Assembly (NCBI GenBank): GCA_002269645.1
Contig: NIVC01003145.1
Coordinates: forward strand, 52,803-116,802
Reading direction: 5' to 3'
From: Macrostomum lignano
Lineage: Eukaryota
DNA: 64,000 bases
The notes under the pieces are model-generated. The model was not told where the DNA came from, ran no database searches, and was given only the letters and a program-made list of their open reading frames with translations. Position numbers and translations under genes: made by a program. The first letter of the stretch is position 1, and each line of letters begins with the position of its first letter. Shown here in pieces: positions 32,041 through 48,486 of the stretch.

Positions 32041-32640
32041 GGAATGTAGCTTGAAAGTAAGCATGACAATAAAACAGCGGGAGAAATAAGGGCTGAAGCT
32101 GCTTAGAAAAATAACAAATAAAGGCTGGAGTAAAAACAGGGAACAATATTCCTCAGCCGAAGACTACAGCGGACATCGGCTTCTCAGGAGGAAGCCTTTA
32201 CAAAACAAGTAAAGCAGCCTGCATGTCTCAGCTGTTTCTGTCGCCTGCCCCTCTGATCTGCAATGATGATGTGGCTTTTTGCGATTTCCTTCCAAATCAG
32301 CTAGCAGCAAAATCTTTTAGCTAGAGAAATATAATGCTTTTTTATCTTTAAGTCGCGCCTTTCAATGCTACATCTTTACGACCTTTCTGGGACAGTGGGA
32401 GATGAAGATGGAGGGCAAACAGAGGATGCTGTGTTTTCTCGGTTTTGACCGAGATTGGCCTGTCTTTAGGCCTAGAAATAGATGCCCATGTCTTGTGTCT
32501 CCAGCTGAAGCAGAAGAACCCACGCTTGATTTTCTTAGAAATGAGCTGGGAGGCTGGTAAGGAACATCATATTTATCGTGTTACTAGTATATTAATACCA
32601 ATTTTTTAGGGCGTAAATTGGAAATCAGAGGGCGTCTAAA

Positions 32641-33004
32641 GCACTAGGGGCGCCAGCACCAGGGGCTTTAGCACCAGGGGCTTTAGCACCAGGAGCTTTA
32701 GCACCAGGGGTGCCAGCACCAGGAGCTTTAGCACCAGGAGCTTTAGCACCAGGAGCTTTAGCACCAGGAGCTTTAGCACCAGGAGCTTTAGCACCAGGAG
32801 CTTTAGCACCAGGGGCGCCAGCACCAGGGGCGCCAGCACCAGGGGCGCCAGCACCAGGGGCGCCAGCACCAGGGGCGCCAGCACCAGGGGCGCCAGCACC
32901 AGGGGCGCCAGCACCAGGGGCGCCAGCACCAGGGGCGCCAGCACCAGGGGCACCAGCACCAGGGGCGCCAGCACCAGGGGCGCCAGCACCAGGGGCGCCA
33001 GCAA
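32641..33004. repeat. 15-bp minisatellite (GCACCAGGGGCGCCA / GCACCAGGAGCTTTA)
   Basis: Two variant blocks of 15-mers. Confidence 0.92.
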
Positions 33005-34209
33005 CACAAATCTAAATATACTATATCTCTAAGGTTTTTATGCTTGTCCATAACGCGCTAGAGCTTATACTTATACTAATAAGCACACCAAAAGCATCAA
33101 ATGATGCCTTTACCATTAATTAACTACGGATTGGAGGAATCAAGGAGTGCTTGATTCCCATTCTTATTTGATCCAACATGTGTGGCTAAAGTAGACAAGG
33201 GTGAAGCTGGTTGTGTGGAGTTAGACTTGAACCATAGACAAAATATGCGCGAGCTAGTCCGAACATTGTTGCACGATGGAAAGAAGATTATGCTTGTAGT
33301 CTATGGCTGTTCTGCTAAATATAGAAACATTGCGCATTACATTCTTGCATGATTGACATTCCTGCACGGAGTGCACATGTAAATTCAAGGTGTTTTTACC
33401 ATAGACGCTTGCATTTCTGCACGCATATGGCGACTTCCAAAGCATTCTTGCACGCTGGATCAAATAGGACAGGTCAAATAAGACAGGTCAAATAGGACAG
33501 GTAATTACCATGAAATTGACCCTTTCACGCCTTCACTATGGCTTTCATTAATACGGAGTCTTTATTCAGCGCAGTTGAAATTTACCGCAATGCAATCTGC
33601 AACTAACATTATCCAGACTTAGTGCAGTGTTTCTGCACTAGATAAAGTAAAGAAATTTTCCTTTATAAAAGCCATGCACACTGGAACTACCAAGCAAACT
33701 GAAAACTTTATGACAGTTTCAAGGTTACTTTACAGGCTGTGTATGCCAGCAGACTGCATACGCGTCCCTCAGAGGTTTAGTTGGTCAGAAAAGTTTCCCA
33801 AAACGATGTTATATGTATATCAACCGATATTATAGCAGGTCAGCTGGATTTTATTAGTCTCTTCCGCAAGCAGAAATTTCCTAAACTATCGCGCGTACAA
33901 GAAAAAGTTTGCAAGGCACCTGGAAATTTGATGAAGTTGGCTGATGCATTTTACTAGCCGACTGAATCTAAGCATTGTAAATCTTAGAGGGGGTTGCAGA
34001 CTCTTTCGATATTTCATAGAGAACCCGTAAGCAAGCCAGACAGTTTAAACATCTGAACCGCAGCCTAAATAACAGTTGAATTCTCCCTTAAACTATTTTT
34101 ATTAAACTTTATAGACTTAGACTTGCAAACGAATGGTAGCCTATGAAGAACACTTAAAAACTTGGAGAGTAGATGAGAGAAAAGAGAGATGAGAGGATAG
34201 GTGACACGA

Positions 34210-34735
34210 CAGATAAAATGAGACAATATGATAGGAGAGAGGAGAGAGGAGAGAGTAGACAGGAGAAACAGTGAAGAGAGGAGAGAGGAGAGAGGAGAGA
34301 GGAGAGAAGAGAGAGGAGAGAAGAGAGAGGAGAGAGGAGAGAAGAGAGCAGAGTGGACAGGAGAGAGGAGAGAGGAGACAGGAGAGAGGAGAGAGGAGAG
34401 AGGAGAGAGGAGAGAGGAGAGAGGAGAGAGGAGAGAGAGGAGAGGAGAGAGGAGAGAGGAGAGAGGAGAGAGGAGAGAGGAGAGAGGAGAGAGAGGAGAG
34501 GAGAGAGGAGAGAGGAGACAGGAGAGAGGAGAGAGGAGAGATGAGATAGGAGAGATGAGAGAGGAGAGATGAGAGAGGAGAGAAGAGTGGAGAGAGGAGA
34601 GATGAGATAGGAGAGATGAGAGAGCAGAGAAGAGTGGAGAGAGGAGAGAAGAGTGGAGAGAGGAGAGAAGAGTGGAGAGAGGAGAGAAAAGAGGAAAGAG
34701 TAGAGAGAAGAAAGAGCTGAGAGCTGAGAAGAGAC
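34210..34735. repeat. (GAGAG)n-like polypurine tract
   Basis: Simple purine repeat. Confidence 0.9.
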
Positions 34736-35424
34736 ACAAGCTCGAGTCGGATTGCTTTTTTGAAGCTTCATATTGCCGGATAGAGAGGCTTCGCAGACCC
34801 CAGCTAAAATTTATACAAATCTGAAAATAAAAAAGTGAAGTGAATAATGTGGATTTTCTGTGGATTATTTCCTCAAAAGATGCTTCAAAAATAACGTCGA
34901 CGAAATCATAACTTTTGGGAAGGGGCAGGGGGTGGAAAGCTTAGGGAGCGGATTAAAACGAGTGGGTCAGTTTGGCTGACAAAATGGGGATTTAGTAGGA
35001 AAAGAGTGGGGAACAAACAAAGGAGATCTGGGAGGGGGAAGGGGCAGGGAGAGATGCGGAGTGGGGTGGAGGGGATTGGCAAACAAAAATGCCAGCTGAT
35101 CCCCAGATTTTGGTGAAAGCTGAGGTATAGCTAGAGAGACTTACAGGGGAAGCTCATTTGAGCTCACTCCGCACTCCGCGTTTGCTCACCGCGCTGTCCC
35201 CACTCTCTCCTCCGCTCTCTCTCCCTCCCCACGCATTTTTCCCAAAGCTCAATTCTGGCCATCGCGTGGCCGGCGGACCCCTTACTCACTTTTTTTTGGC
35301 TGAAATTGCATACAATCTATAGGAGTTGAATGCTTTCCTCTGTATGAATATGGAAATGTGTAGCTATAGAGGGGACTTACGGGTCACCCAGCGGAGTAGC
35401 TAGGGGGAGCAAGGTCTGGCAAGC

Positions 35425-35750
35425 ATTTTGGCGCCCCACTTCACAGCTGGTTTGGCGCCTCCTTCACAGCTGGTTTGGCGCCCCCTTCACAGCTGGTTTG
35501 GTGCCCCCCTTCACAGCTGGTTTGGTGCCCCCCTTCACAGCTGGTTTGGCGCCCCCTTCACAGCTGGTTTGGTGCCCCCCTTCACAGCTGGTTTGGCGCC
35601 CCCTTCACAGCTGGTTTAACGCCCCCCCCTTCACAGCTGGTTTGGCGCCCTCCCTTCACAGCTGGTTTGGCGCCCCACTTCACAGCTGGTTTGGGACCCC
35701 CGTTCACAGCTGGTTTGGCGCTCCCTTCACAGCTGGTTTGGCGCCCCCTT
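35425..35750. repeat. ~23-bp minisatellite (CCCCTTCACAGCTGGTTTGGCGC)
   Basis: Tandem units with a GGCGCC core. Confidence 0.9.
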
Positions 35751-36044
35751 CTGCCATTTTTAGCAGTTCCCAAACAACTATACTTTGGCGGTAACATTGC
35801 TGGCGCCCCCAAGATAGCGTCTCCCCCACGATGGCGCCCCTCTACGATGGAGCCCTTAGAATGGCGTTCATTTTTAAGAGCTTTATAGCAAGTGTTGCTC
35901 AGTTAAGTTTGAGGGCTGCTGGAAAAGGTTAGAAGTGGTGCGACAAATTTTTTTTATTTTCTGAGCATTCTACAGGAGGAAAGAGGTAAAACTATTAGAT
36001 AAATCTATCACAACTTAAGTAGGAGGCTATACTCTCTCAAACGG

Positions 36045-36200
36045 TCGTGAAATCACGACTGAAAGGTTTGGGGGTTCGATTCTCGACCCAAACGGAAATA
36101 TCTGTGTCCTATATCTCTGCATTGCTTCAGTTCACCCAGCTGTAAAATGGGTGCCAGCATTATCTGGGGTAATTGAGGCTGTGTGGCGACTCCCCAGTCC
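36045..36200 (+). mobile_element. tRNA-derived SINE fragment with a CORE-like central domain
   Basis: B-box-like GGTTCGATTCT at 36073, then CTTCAGTTCACCCAGCTGTAAAATGGGT resembling the CORE-SINE central motif; boundaries uncertain. Confidence 0.5.
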
Positions 36201-36729
36201 TTGCACTGAACAGCCGTACGCAGCCTTCAGATGCACCGCAAACCGAAAAAATTCAACTTCGTTTTAACAAAAATATTTCTTCTAAAAGACAACACGATTT
36301 GGGAAAAGTATTATCATCAAGGTTAATTATAAACGTTCTAAAATGTACTTTAGGCTGAAGGTACATACACACACAGGTTTTTTTACTAGGCCTCTACATA
36401 TTGGCTTAACCAAATCCTAATACTGATATGTATGGTAAAACTGTCATCCTGTTTTCATTTTCAGATACAGGAGATAGAACTGGGAGCGTACAAGAAAGGA
36501 TTCACACGTAAGTACGAGGGTCACTCAGAAAGTCTTTAGCCTGAGTAGGATCCACGAGACGTTCAATGCGTTCAACGGTTGGTTATTGGTGAATCTACAA
36601 AGCGCGGCTGTACAGCGTATTGAAAAAAAACATTCACAGCAGGGGTCCGCAAACTTTTGTTACCTAAAGAGCCAGAAAAGAAAGGAATAGAATTGGAATA
36701 AAGGAGAATGAAAAGAAGTGGTTTAGCCA

Positions 36730-37285
36730 GAGAGATGAGATGAGAGAAGATGAGAGAGGTGAGGAGAGAGGACAGTGGAGAGAGGAGAGGGAAGAGAGGA
36801 GAGAAAGGACAAGAGACAAGAGACAAGAGACAAGAGACAAGAGACAAGAGACAAGAGACAAGAGACAAGAGACAAGAGACAAGAGACAAGAGACAAGAGA
36901 CAAGAGACAAGAGACAAGAGACAAGAGACAAGAGACAAGAGACAAGAGACAAGAGACAAGAGACAAGAGACAAGAGAGAAAAGAAAAAAGAGCAGAGAGA
37001 AGAGAGGAGAGAGTAGACAGGTGAGAAGAGAGAGGAGAGAGGAGAGAAGAGGAGAGAGAAGAGAGGATAGTGAAGAGAGAAGAGAGGAGAGATAAGAGAA
37101 GAGAAGAGAGAAAAAGAGAGGGGAGAGGAGAGGAGAGAGGAGAGAAAAGAAAGTGAGAGGAGAAAGGAAAGAAAAGAGAAAAGAGACGAGAGAGAGGAGA
37201 GAGGAGAGAAAAAAGAAAAGAGAGGAGAGAAGAAGAGGAGAGAGTAGAGTGGAGAGAGTAGAGAGTAGAGAGAGGGCAGAGAGCA
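36730..37285. repeat. (GAGACAA)n and GA-rich tract
   Basis: 7-bp perfect core with degenerate purine flanks. Confidence 0.9.
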
Positions 37286-38227
37286 GAAGTCTGAGAAAAC
37301 CCTAAGCATGCCTTATTGCGAAGGAGCCGAGGGCTGAATAGAGAGAGTTTGCCGACCCCTAAGTTACTAGGGAATTATTTAGATAATGGCGGTGCATCGC
37401 ATGTCTTCGACTGCTTATATTTCTAAGAAAAACAAAGACAGAGAAATGATCTGAAACAATAAAAAGCTAGGATAGACGGGAGACTATTGCTGAATTTAAG
37501 CCGGAAAATTTCACGAGGTTCGGATGGGAATAAAACTAGGCGGTTTGCAAATTTATGAAATGGGATTTTTAAGCTCGTGTTGTGTTGTTGCGGTGCGAAA
37601 GTCTACGCTGTGTTGGGTTTTGGCAATTGGATTTTATAAATATACACTTAAAGGAATGCACAGTTTAGCAATCTCTGCATTTATACCTGATCTGCAGTGT
37701 CTAACAGCACTGAAAACATTGGAATTAAAAATTAAAACAAATACTTGCAAAGTACACCAATTTTTAAAAGAAAAATCTATTTCCATTTACTTAAAATCGG
37801 TTGGCCAAGAAGTCAAAGTCATGCAGCAACTTACTGTCTTTTCTTCGTCAGCGTTAGTTTGACAAAAAAACCAATCTCTATAGGTATGGGGCAAGTAGTG
37901 AACTGGCAGGGAGAAGTCAGCTGATAGAGGTAGGGAAGCAGAGTTAGGGCTGAGGGGCCGGGAAAAAGAGCGAGCATAAATGCTGCCTTTTAGACCGAGT
38001 TTGACTTTACCTCGCGTCCCATAGGTCTGCGAGAGTAGGATGTAGGGGCTGGGGGGGGGTTTCCAGTGTGCCCGCCTCCCATGCATGCGGATCCCCTGCT
38101 CACCCCCGTGTGCTGGGCAATTGCTGGCCAATCGGGATTCGGTTGAGAGCAGAAAGAGCAATAATCTTTTTCCCGTTTTTATTATCGCCCTGCCGCGCAG
38201 CTGTGTGGGTTGGGATTGCCTTCCATT

Positions 38228-40339
<2,112 letters not shown>

Positions 40340-41082
40340 GATTCTCTCTCCCCACAGCCCTCGCAGGTTTTCTGCCTGTACTTATAAATCCCAGTTTAGT
40401 TTACTCTGAGCAGATACAAAGTAACAAACGCCAAAACAATACTTAAAACGAGGAATGTGCAGATATAAAAAGTGTGCAAGTTGTACAGATTAATATTATT
40501 TTTAAATCCATTTTATGAAAGCCTGAATCCCCGTAGCGGTGCAGAATGTTACAAAACTGCCTCTCTTCTGTGTCTGTTTCTGTTTTATTTCTGCAGGGCA
40601 AGATTTCCTCCGCGGCTCGTACTATACCTGTGTGCAGTGCGAAGCTTTTACTGCAGAAGATATGCCTCAATACCTAAAACGCGAATCTACTCTGGAAATC
40701 GGGAATTGATTTATTTGGCCTCTGAAAATGGACTCCTTCTCTACCTAAAATAAGAAAAAAAACATCTGGGATCAGTTTATACAGATTTTACCCAAGTTTT
40801 ACTTGATGCATTTACAAGCCAATAACAGGCCTTTCGTGTGGCTTATAGATTAATTTTTTGCCAACTATTTATTATTGTGTGCACTGCGTCTTTTTAAAGT
40901 AAAAAATAAAGTTAACAAAATTGCTGAGTGAGTGGCATCGGGTGTATTTCTAGAGGCTGGGGTAACAGATGTACCGTAGTAAGTCATTCTGCGATGGGCA
41001 TGTGGGATTAATGGAAACGGTACAGCCACAGGTAGACTGACCTGGTCCCTGAACAGCTCAACATTCCTCGAAAATTCCCCTC

Positions 41083-41430
41083 AACAGTCACCCCAACATT
41101 CCCCCCAACATTCCCCCCAACATTCCCCCCAACATTCCCCCCAACATTCCCCCAACATTCCCCCCAACATTCCCCCAACATTCCCCCCAACATTCCCCCC
41201 AACATTCCCCCCAACATTCCCCCAAACATTCCCCCCAACATTCCCCCCAACATTCCCCCAACATTCCCCCAAACATTCCCCCAACATTCCCCCAACATTC
41301 CCCCCAACATTCCCCCAACATTCCCCCCAACATTCCCCCAACATTCCCCCAACATTCCCCCCAACATTCCCCCAACATTCCCCCCAACATTTCCCCCAAT
41401 TCGCACCAACGTTCCCTCAACATTCCCCCC
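41083..41430. repeat. (CCCCCAACATT)n repeat
   Basis: 11-12-bp units. Confidence 0.92.
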
Positions 41431-43148
41431 AAAATTGTATCAACAACCCAACAAACAATACAATAAGTCCAACAAACAGTTTAACAAATGATCCAACAAA
41501 CAATCCAACAAACAATCCAACAAACAATCCAACGATCCAACAAACGATCCAACAAACGATCCAACAAACGATCCAACAAACAATCCTTCAATCTAACAAA
41601 GATCCAACAAACGATGCAACAAACGATCCAACAAACAATCCAACAAGCAATCCAACAAACGATCCAACAAACAATCCAACAATCCAACAAACGATCCAAC
41701 AAACGATCCAACAAACGATCCAACAAACGATCCAACAAACAATCCAACAATCCAACAAACGATCCAACAAACGATCCAACAAACAATTCTAACAATCCAA
41801 CAAACGATCCAACAAACAATCCAACAATCCAACAAACAATCCAACAAACAATCCAACAAACAATCCAACAATCCAACAAACGATCCAACAAACGATCCAA
41901 CAAACAATCCAACGATCCAACAAATGATCCAACAAACGATCCAACAAACGATCCAACAAACAATCCTTCAATCTAACAAACGATCCAACAAACGATGCAA
42001 CAAACGATCCAACAAATGATCCAACAAACAATCCAACAAACAATCCAACAATCCAACAAACGATCCAACAAACGATCCAACAAACAATTCTAACAATCCA
42101 ACAAACAATCCAACAAACAATCCAACAATCCAACAAACGATCCAACAAACGATCCAACAAACGATCCAACAAACGATCCAACAAACAATCCAACAAACGA
42201 TCCAACAATCCAACAAACGATCCAACAAATGATCCAACAAACAATCCAACAAACAATCCAACAATCCAACAAACGATCCAACAAACGATCCAACAAACAA
42301 TTCTAACAATCCAACAAACAATCCAACAAACAATCCAACAATCAAACAAACAATCCAAAAAACAATCCAACAATCCAACAAACGATCTAACAAACGATCC
42401 AACAAATAATCCAACAAACGATCCAACAAACGATCCAACAAACAATCCTTCAATCTAACAAACGATCCAACAAACGATGCAACAAACGATCCAACAAACA
42501 ATCCAACATGCAATCCAACAAACGATCCATAAAACGATCCAACAAACGATCCAACAAACAATCCAACAATCCAACAAACGATCCAACAAACGATCCAACA
42601 AACGATCCAACAAACGATCCAACAATCCAACAAACGATCCAACAAATGATCCAACAAACAATCCAACAATCCAACAAACGATCCAACAAACGATCCAACA
42701 AACAATTCTAACAATCCAACAAACAATCCAACAAACAATCCAACAATCCAACAAACAATCCAAAAAACAATCCAACAATCCAACAAACGATCTAACAAAC
42801 GATCCAACAAATAATCCAACAAACGATCCAACAAACGATCCAACAAACGATCCAACAAACGATTCAACAAACAATCCAACGATCCAACAAACGATCCAAC
42901 AAACGATCCAACAAACGATACAACAAACGATCCAACAAACAATCCAACAATCCAACAAACGATCCAACAAACGATCCAACAAACGATCCAACAAACAATC
43001 CAACAAACGATCCAACAAACGATCCAACAAACAATCCAACAATCCAACAAACGATCCAACAAACGATCCAACAAACGATCCAACAAACAATCCAACAACC
43101 GATCCAACAAACAATCCAACAACCGATCCAACAAAAAATTCAACAAAC

Positions 43149-44196
43149 TGTAGTGAGCCGCTAGTTTATTGTTAGGCGTCGCCCTTGTCAGCCGCTCCCT
43201 TGCCCTCCCTTTGGGTTGCTGTCTGCCGCTGGTCAGCTTCCCGTCCCTTTTTCGGTTGCCTGTTGCCCCCCGTGTCCCTTTCCACCCTGTTGCGTCTCCG
43301 TTCTCAGCCCTCAGTCTCTCGACTGTGGGCTGTCTCTGTTTCGCTTCCATCCTGTTTTCCTCTGTCATGTGAGCAAGTCACATGACAGCTTTTGCGTTCT
43401 TTGAGTCTTAAAGTGCAGTAAACATGTTTACTGCACTCGTTGGCCCTGTTTACCGGGTGAGTCACATGCTTTCGGACCCCTCCCTTTTCTAAGGAGAGGA
43501 GTGACTCATGTTGCTAAAAATAGCAACTGAGTCACAGCCATGTGTACTCTGCCGGGGACCCTCGAGTGACGTCAGTTCTAAAAATAGAACAAGTCACGAG
43601 GTCTTCCGCGCGCTTGTACCCTGCCTGAGACTCTCGAGTGACGTCAGTTCTAAAAATAGAACAAGTCACGAGGTCTGGAGCGTGGGAATTTCCCGGCTAT
43701 AAATAGGAGCCCTCTCCCCCTTGTTTCCGTCAAGGAGTCTTCCTTCTGTTCAACCTCGAGTTCTACGTCCGCGTGTGACTAAGTCCGAGTGTCCGAATCT
43801 TTGCGCACATTGATTCTGTTCCTATTGCTCCGACTGAGACCCGACCAAACCAATCCAAGTCTACGAGAGGCTAACTCAGCCCTCCCTGTACCATCCAAGC
43901 CCGGCAGGTGCTGCTGACGAGACGCCTTATACGTTGAGCTGCAAATCTGCACGTCGTGCTGTGTTCGTTGACTTCATTATTTCGTTCCGACGGGAAGCTC
44001 ACCTCACCGAAGGCCGAGACCTGAAGGAACTGGTGGCAGCACTACCTACGCTACTAAAGTTAAGAAGGCTTCTAAGTGAGAGGACGGAGCCCAAGTCACT
44101 GCGCTGTACAGCAGGACAACCACAGGTACAACACTGGTGGAAGCGGTGGGATTCAAAGACCTACCAGGCCACCCCGAGAAAACCCAAACTATTTCA
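43149..44196 (+). mobile_element. Solo LTR, copy 1 (probably Ty3/Gypsy-type)
   Basis: TG...CA termini (tgtagtgag...ctatttca), AAAC on both sides consistent with a 4-bp TSD, TATA box ctataaata near 43698, no internal coding region. Confidence 0.75.
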
Positions 44197-44374
44197 AAAC
44201 GATCCAACAAACAATCCAAAACAATCCAACAAACGATCCAACAAACAATCCAACAAACAATCCAACAAACGATCCAACAAACGATCCAACAAACGATCCA
44301 ACAAACAATCCAACAATCCAACAAACGATCCAACAAACGATCCAACAAACGATCCAACAAACGATTCAACAAAC

Positions 44375-45423
44375 TGTAGTGAGCCGCTAGTTTATTGTTA
44401 GGCGTCGCCCTTGTCAGCCGCTCCCTTGCCCTCCCTTTGGGTTGCTGTCTGCCGCTGGTCAGCTTCCCGTCCCTTTTTCGGTTGCCTGTTGCCCCCCGTG
44501 TCCCTTTCCACCCTGTTGCGTCTCCGTTCTCAGCCCTCAGTCTCTCGACTGTGGGCTGTCTCTGTTTCGCTTCCATCCTGTTTTCCTCTGTCATGTGAGC
44601 AAGTCACATGACAGCTTTTGCGTTCTTTGAGTCTTAAAGTGCAGTAAACATGTTTACTGCACTCGTTGGCCCTGTTTACCGGGTGAGTCACATGCTTTCG
44701 GACCCCTCCCTTTTCTAAGGAGAGGAGTGACTCATGTTGCTAAAAATAGCAACTGAGTCACAGCCATGTGTACTCTGCCGGGGACCCTCGAGTGACGTCA
44801 GTTCTAAAAATAGAACAAGTCACGAGGTCTTCCGCGCGCTTGTACCCTGCCTGAGACTCTCGAGTGACGTCAGTTCTAAAAATAGAACAAGTCACGAGGT
44901 CTGGAGCGTGGGAATTTCCCGGCTATAAATAGGAGCCCTCTCCCCCTTGTTTCCGTCAAGGAGTCTTCCTTCTGTTCAACCTCGAGTTCTACGTCCGCGT
45001 GTGACTAAGTCCCGAGTGTCCGAATCTTTGCGCACATTGATTCTGTTCCTATTGCTCCGACTGAGACCCGACCAAACCAATCCAAGTCTACGAGAGGCTA
45101 ACTCAGCCCTCCCTGTACCATCCAAGCCCGGCAGGTGCTGCTGACGAGACGCCTTATACGTTGAGCTGCAAATCTGCACGTCGTGCTGTGTTCGTTGACT
45201 TCATTATTTCGTTCCGACGGGAAGCTCACCTCACCGAAGGCCGAGACCTGAAGGAACTGGTGGCAGCACTACCTACGCTACTAAAGTTAAGAAGGCTTCT
45301 AAGTGAGAGGACGGAGCCCAAGTCACTGCGCTGTACAGCAGGACAACCACAGGTACAACACTGGTGGAAGCGGTGGGATTCAAAGACCTACCAGGCCACC
45401 CCGAGAAAACCCAAACTATTTCA
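44375..45423 (+). mobile_element. Solo LTR, copy 2 (near-identical tandem duplicate)
   Basis: Same sequence as 43149-44196; the one difference noticed is an extra C (aagtcccgag vs aagtccgag). Confidence 0.75.
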
Positions 45424-47362
45424 AAACGATCCAACAAACAATCCAAAACAATCCAACAAACGATCCAACAAACAATCCAACAAACAATCCAACAAACGAT
45501 CCAACAAACGATCCAACAAACGATCCAACAAACAATCCAACAATCCAACAAACGATCCAACAAACGATCCAACAAACGATCCAACAAACGATTCAACAAA
45601 CAATCCAACCATCCAACAAACGATCCAACAAACGATCCAACAAACGATCCAACAAACAATCCTTCAATCTAACAAACGATCCAACAAACAATCTAACAAC
45701 CGATCCAACAAACAATCCAACAACCGATACAACAAACAATCCAACAAACGATCCAACAAACAATCCAAAACAATCCAACAAACGATCCAACAAACAATCC
45801 AACAAACAATCCAACAAACAATCCAACAAACAATCCAACAAACAATCCAACAAACAATCCAACAAACGATCCAACAAACAATCCAACAAACAATCCAACA
45901 AACGATCCAACAAACGATCCAACAAACAATCCAACAAACAATCCAACAAACAATTTAAAACAATCCAACAAACAATCCAACAAACGATCCAACAAACAAT
46001 CCAACAAACGATCCAACAACCGATCCAACAAACGATCCAACAAACAATCCAACAAACAGTCCAACAAACAATCCAACAAACATTCCAACAAACAATCCAA
46101 AACAATCCAACAAACGATCCAACAAACAATCCAACAAACAATCCAACAAACGATCCAACAAACGATCCAACAAACGATCCAACAAACAATCCAACAATCC
46201 AACAAACGATCCAACAAACGATCCAACAAACGATCCAACAAACAATCCAAAACAATCCAACAAACGATCCAACAAACAATCCAACAAACAATCCAACAAA
46301 CAATCCAACAAACGATCCAACAAACAATCCAACAAACGATCCAACAAACAATCCAACAAACAATCCAACAAACAATTTAAAACAATCCAACAAACAATCC
46401 AACAAACGATCCAACAAACAATCCAACAAACGATCCAACAACCGATCCAACAAACGATCCAACAAACAATCCAACAAACAGTCCAACAAACAATCCAACA
46501 AACATTCCAACAAACAATCCAAAACAATCCAACAAACAATCCAACAAACGATCCAACAAACAATCCAACAAACGATCCAACAAACAATCCAACAAACAAT
46601 CCAACAAACGATCCAACAACCGATCCAACAAACAATCCAACAAACGATCCAACAACCGATCCAACAAACTATCCAACAAACAATCCAACAAACGATCCAA
46701 AAAACGATCCAACAAAAATTGCATCACAAGTCACTGAATAATCCCAGTTAAAAGCATTCCTACAACAGCCATTTTGCCAGTCCATGACCTGTAGTGTTGG
46801 ACAACAAGCAAATCAAGTCAGAGTTCGGTTACGATTCAGATGTCGCTGCTATAGCAGTATACAAGCAGTCACAAAACTAGCAAGGTTAATGGGTTGGCTG
46901 GCAAAGTACCGGTTGACCTCCCCAGCCAAGCCATCAGTCCTAAATTACTTTTTATGACTGTCCTCCAAGCCTGCTTGTTCATTTCAGTTTGCACCAAGTA
47001 TTATGGTATTGGGTAGGTCGGGGACACAGGGTCGCATAGAGGGAGGCAGAAGGGGGGTAGAGACGGGGTAAGAAGTAAAAAAGCAGAGTCTCTGAGATCC
47101 GACCTGAGGGACGAAAATATCGATGCTGAAATTTCCTTTCAGCTTGGAAGAAAATGGAACACAAGACGGTATTACCTGATTGCGACCCCAGCTGCAACTG
47201 CCTCTAAAACTCAATTATGTCTATGGCTTATGGTTTTGGAGGCTCGGGCCGGTAGCTAAGGGGAAGGCTTAGAGAATTCTATTTTATTGCTACCACAGCA
47301 ACTTCCCTCTTGCTGTCTTTCATTGAATTCCTTTTAGCATTCTTTAGGTTCCCTTCAGGTCT

Positions 47363-48228
47363 GGACTGAGTTCCCTTCCCTATCACTGACTGAGTTCCCT
47401 TCCCGATCCCTGACTGAGTTCCCTTCCAGGTCTCTGACTGAATTCCCTTCCAGGTCTCTGACGGAGTGCCCTTCCCGATCTCTGGCTGAATTCCCTTCCA
47501 GGTCTCTGACGGAGTGCCCTTCCCGATCACTGACTGAGTTCCCTTCCCGATCACTGACTGAGTTCCCTTCCAGGTCTCTGACTGAATTCCCTTCCAGGTC
47601 TCTGACGGAGTGCCCTTCCCGATCTCTGACTGAATTCCCTTCCAGGTCTCTGACGGAGTGCCCTTCCCGATCACTGACTGAGTTCCCTTCCAGGTCTCTG
47701 ACTGAATTCCCTTCCAGGTCTCTGACTGAGTTCCCTTCCAGGTCTCTGACTGAATTCCCTTCCAGGTCTCTGACTGAGTTCCCTTCCAGGTCTCTGACGG
47801 AGTGCCCTTCCCGATCACTGACTGAGTTCCCTTCCAGGTCTCTGACTGAATTCCCTTCCAGGTCTCTGACTGAGTTCCCTTCCAGGTCTCTGACGGAGTG
47901 CCCTTCCCGATCACTGACTGAGTTCCCTTCCAGGTCTCTGACTGAATTCCCTTCCAGGTCTCTGACTGAGTTCCCTTCCAGATCCCTGACTGAGTTCCCT
48001 TCCCGATCCCTGACTGAGTGCCCTTCCCGATTCTCCACTGAGTTCCCTTCCCGATCCCTGACTGCGTTCCCTTCCCGATTCTTGACTGAGTTCCCTTCCC
48101 GATCCCTGGCTGAGTTCCCTTCCCGATCCCTGACTGAGTTCCCTTCCTGATCTCTGACTGAGTTCCCTTCCCGATTCTTGACTGAGTTCCCTTCCCGATC
48201 TCTGACTGAGTTCCCTTCCCGATCCCCT
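47363..48228. repeat. 24-bp minisatellite (TGACTGAGTTCCCTTCCAGGTCTC)
   Basis: 8-aa period in the overlapping ORFs. Confidence 0.92.
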
Positions 48229-48486
48229 ACGAATCTTTACGAATCTTGGCAATTTCCAAAAAAATCTGCAACAAGGCCGAGAAAGCACTTCTTTTGCAAG
48301 CGTTCAACAGCTGCTGCCTCTCAAAGCAATTGGAACCAATTAAAATGACGCAGGTGCAGAAAAAAAATTAAACAATTTTTATATGACTCTATGAAATGAT
48401 AAACACAGCAAGAGAAGCGACAAGAGAAAAAGAGGCAAACGAAAGACATTGAATTTGTGGAAATGAATTTTCACATAGTACAGCGC

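Larger units (their letters stand above)
41445..46720. repeat. (CCAACAAACGAT/CCAACAAACAAT)n satellite interrupted by two LTR copies
   Basis: 12-bp units with 8-bp variants, strongly A/C biased. Confidence 0.95.

Noticed and set aside
36045-36100. tRNA gene
   Set aside because: Only a B-box-like motif followed by a SINE-type body; no cloverleaf could be built.
43149-45423. Full-length LTR retrotransposon or TRIM between the two LTR copies
   Set aside because: The 178-bp interval is host satellite with no PBS or PPT seen, and it is itself duplicated after the second LTR.
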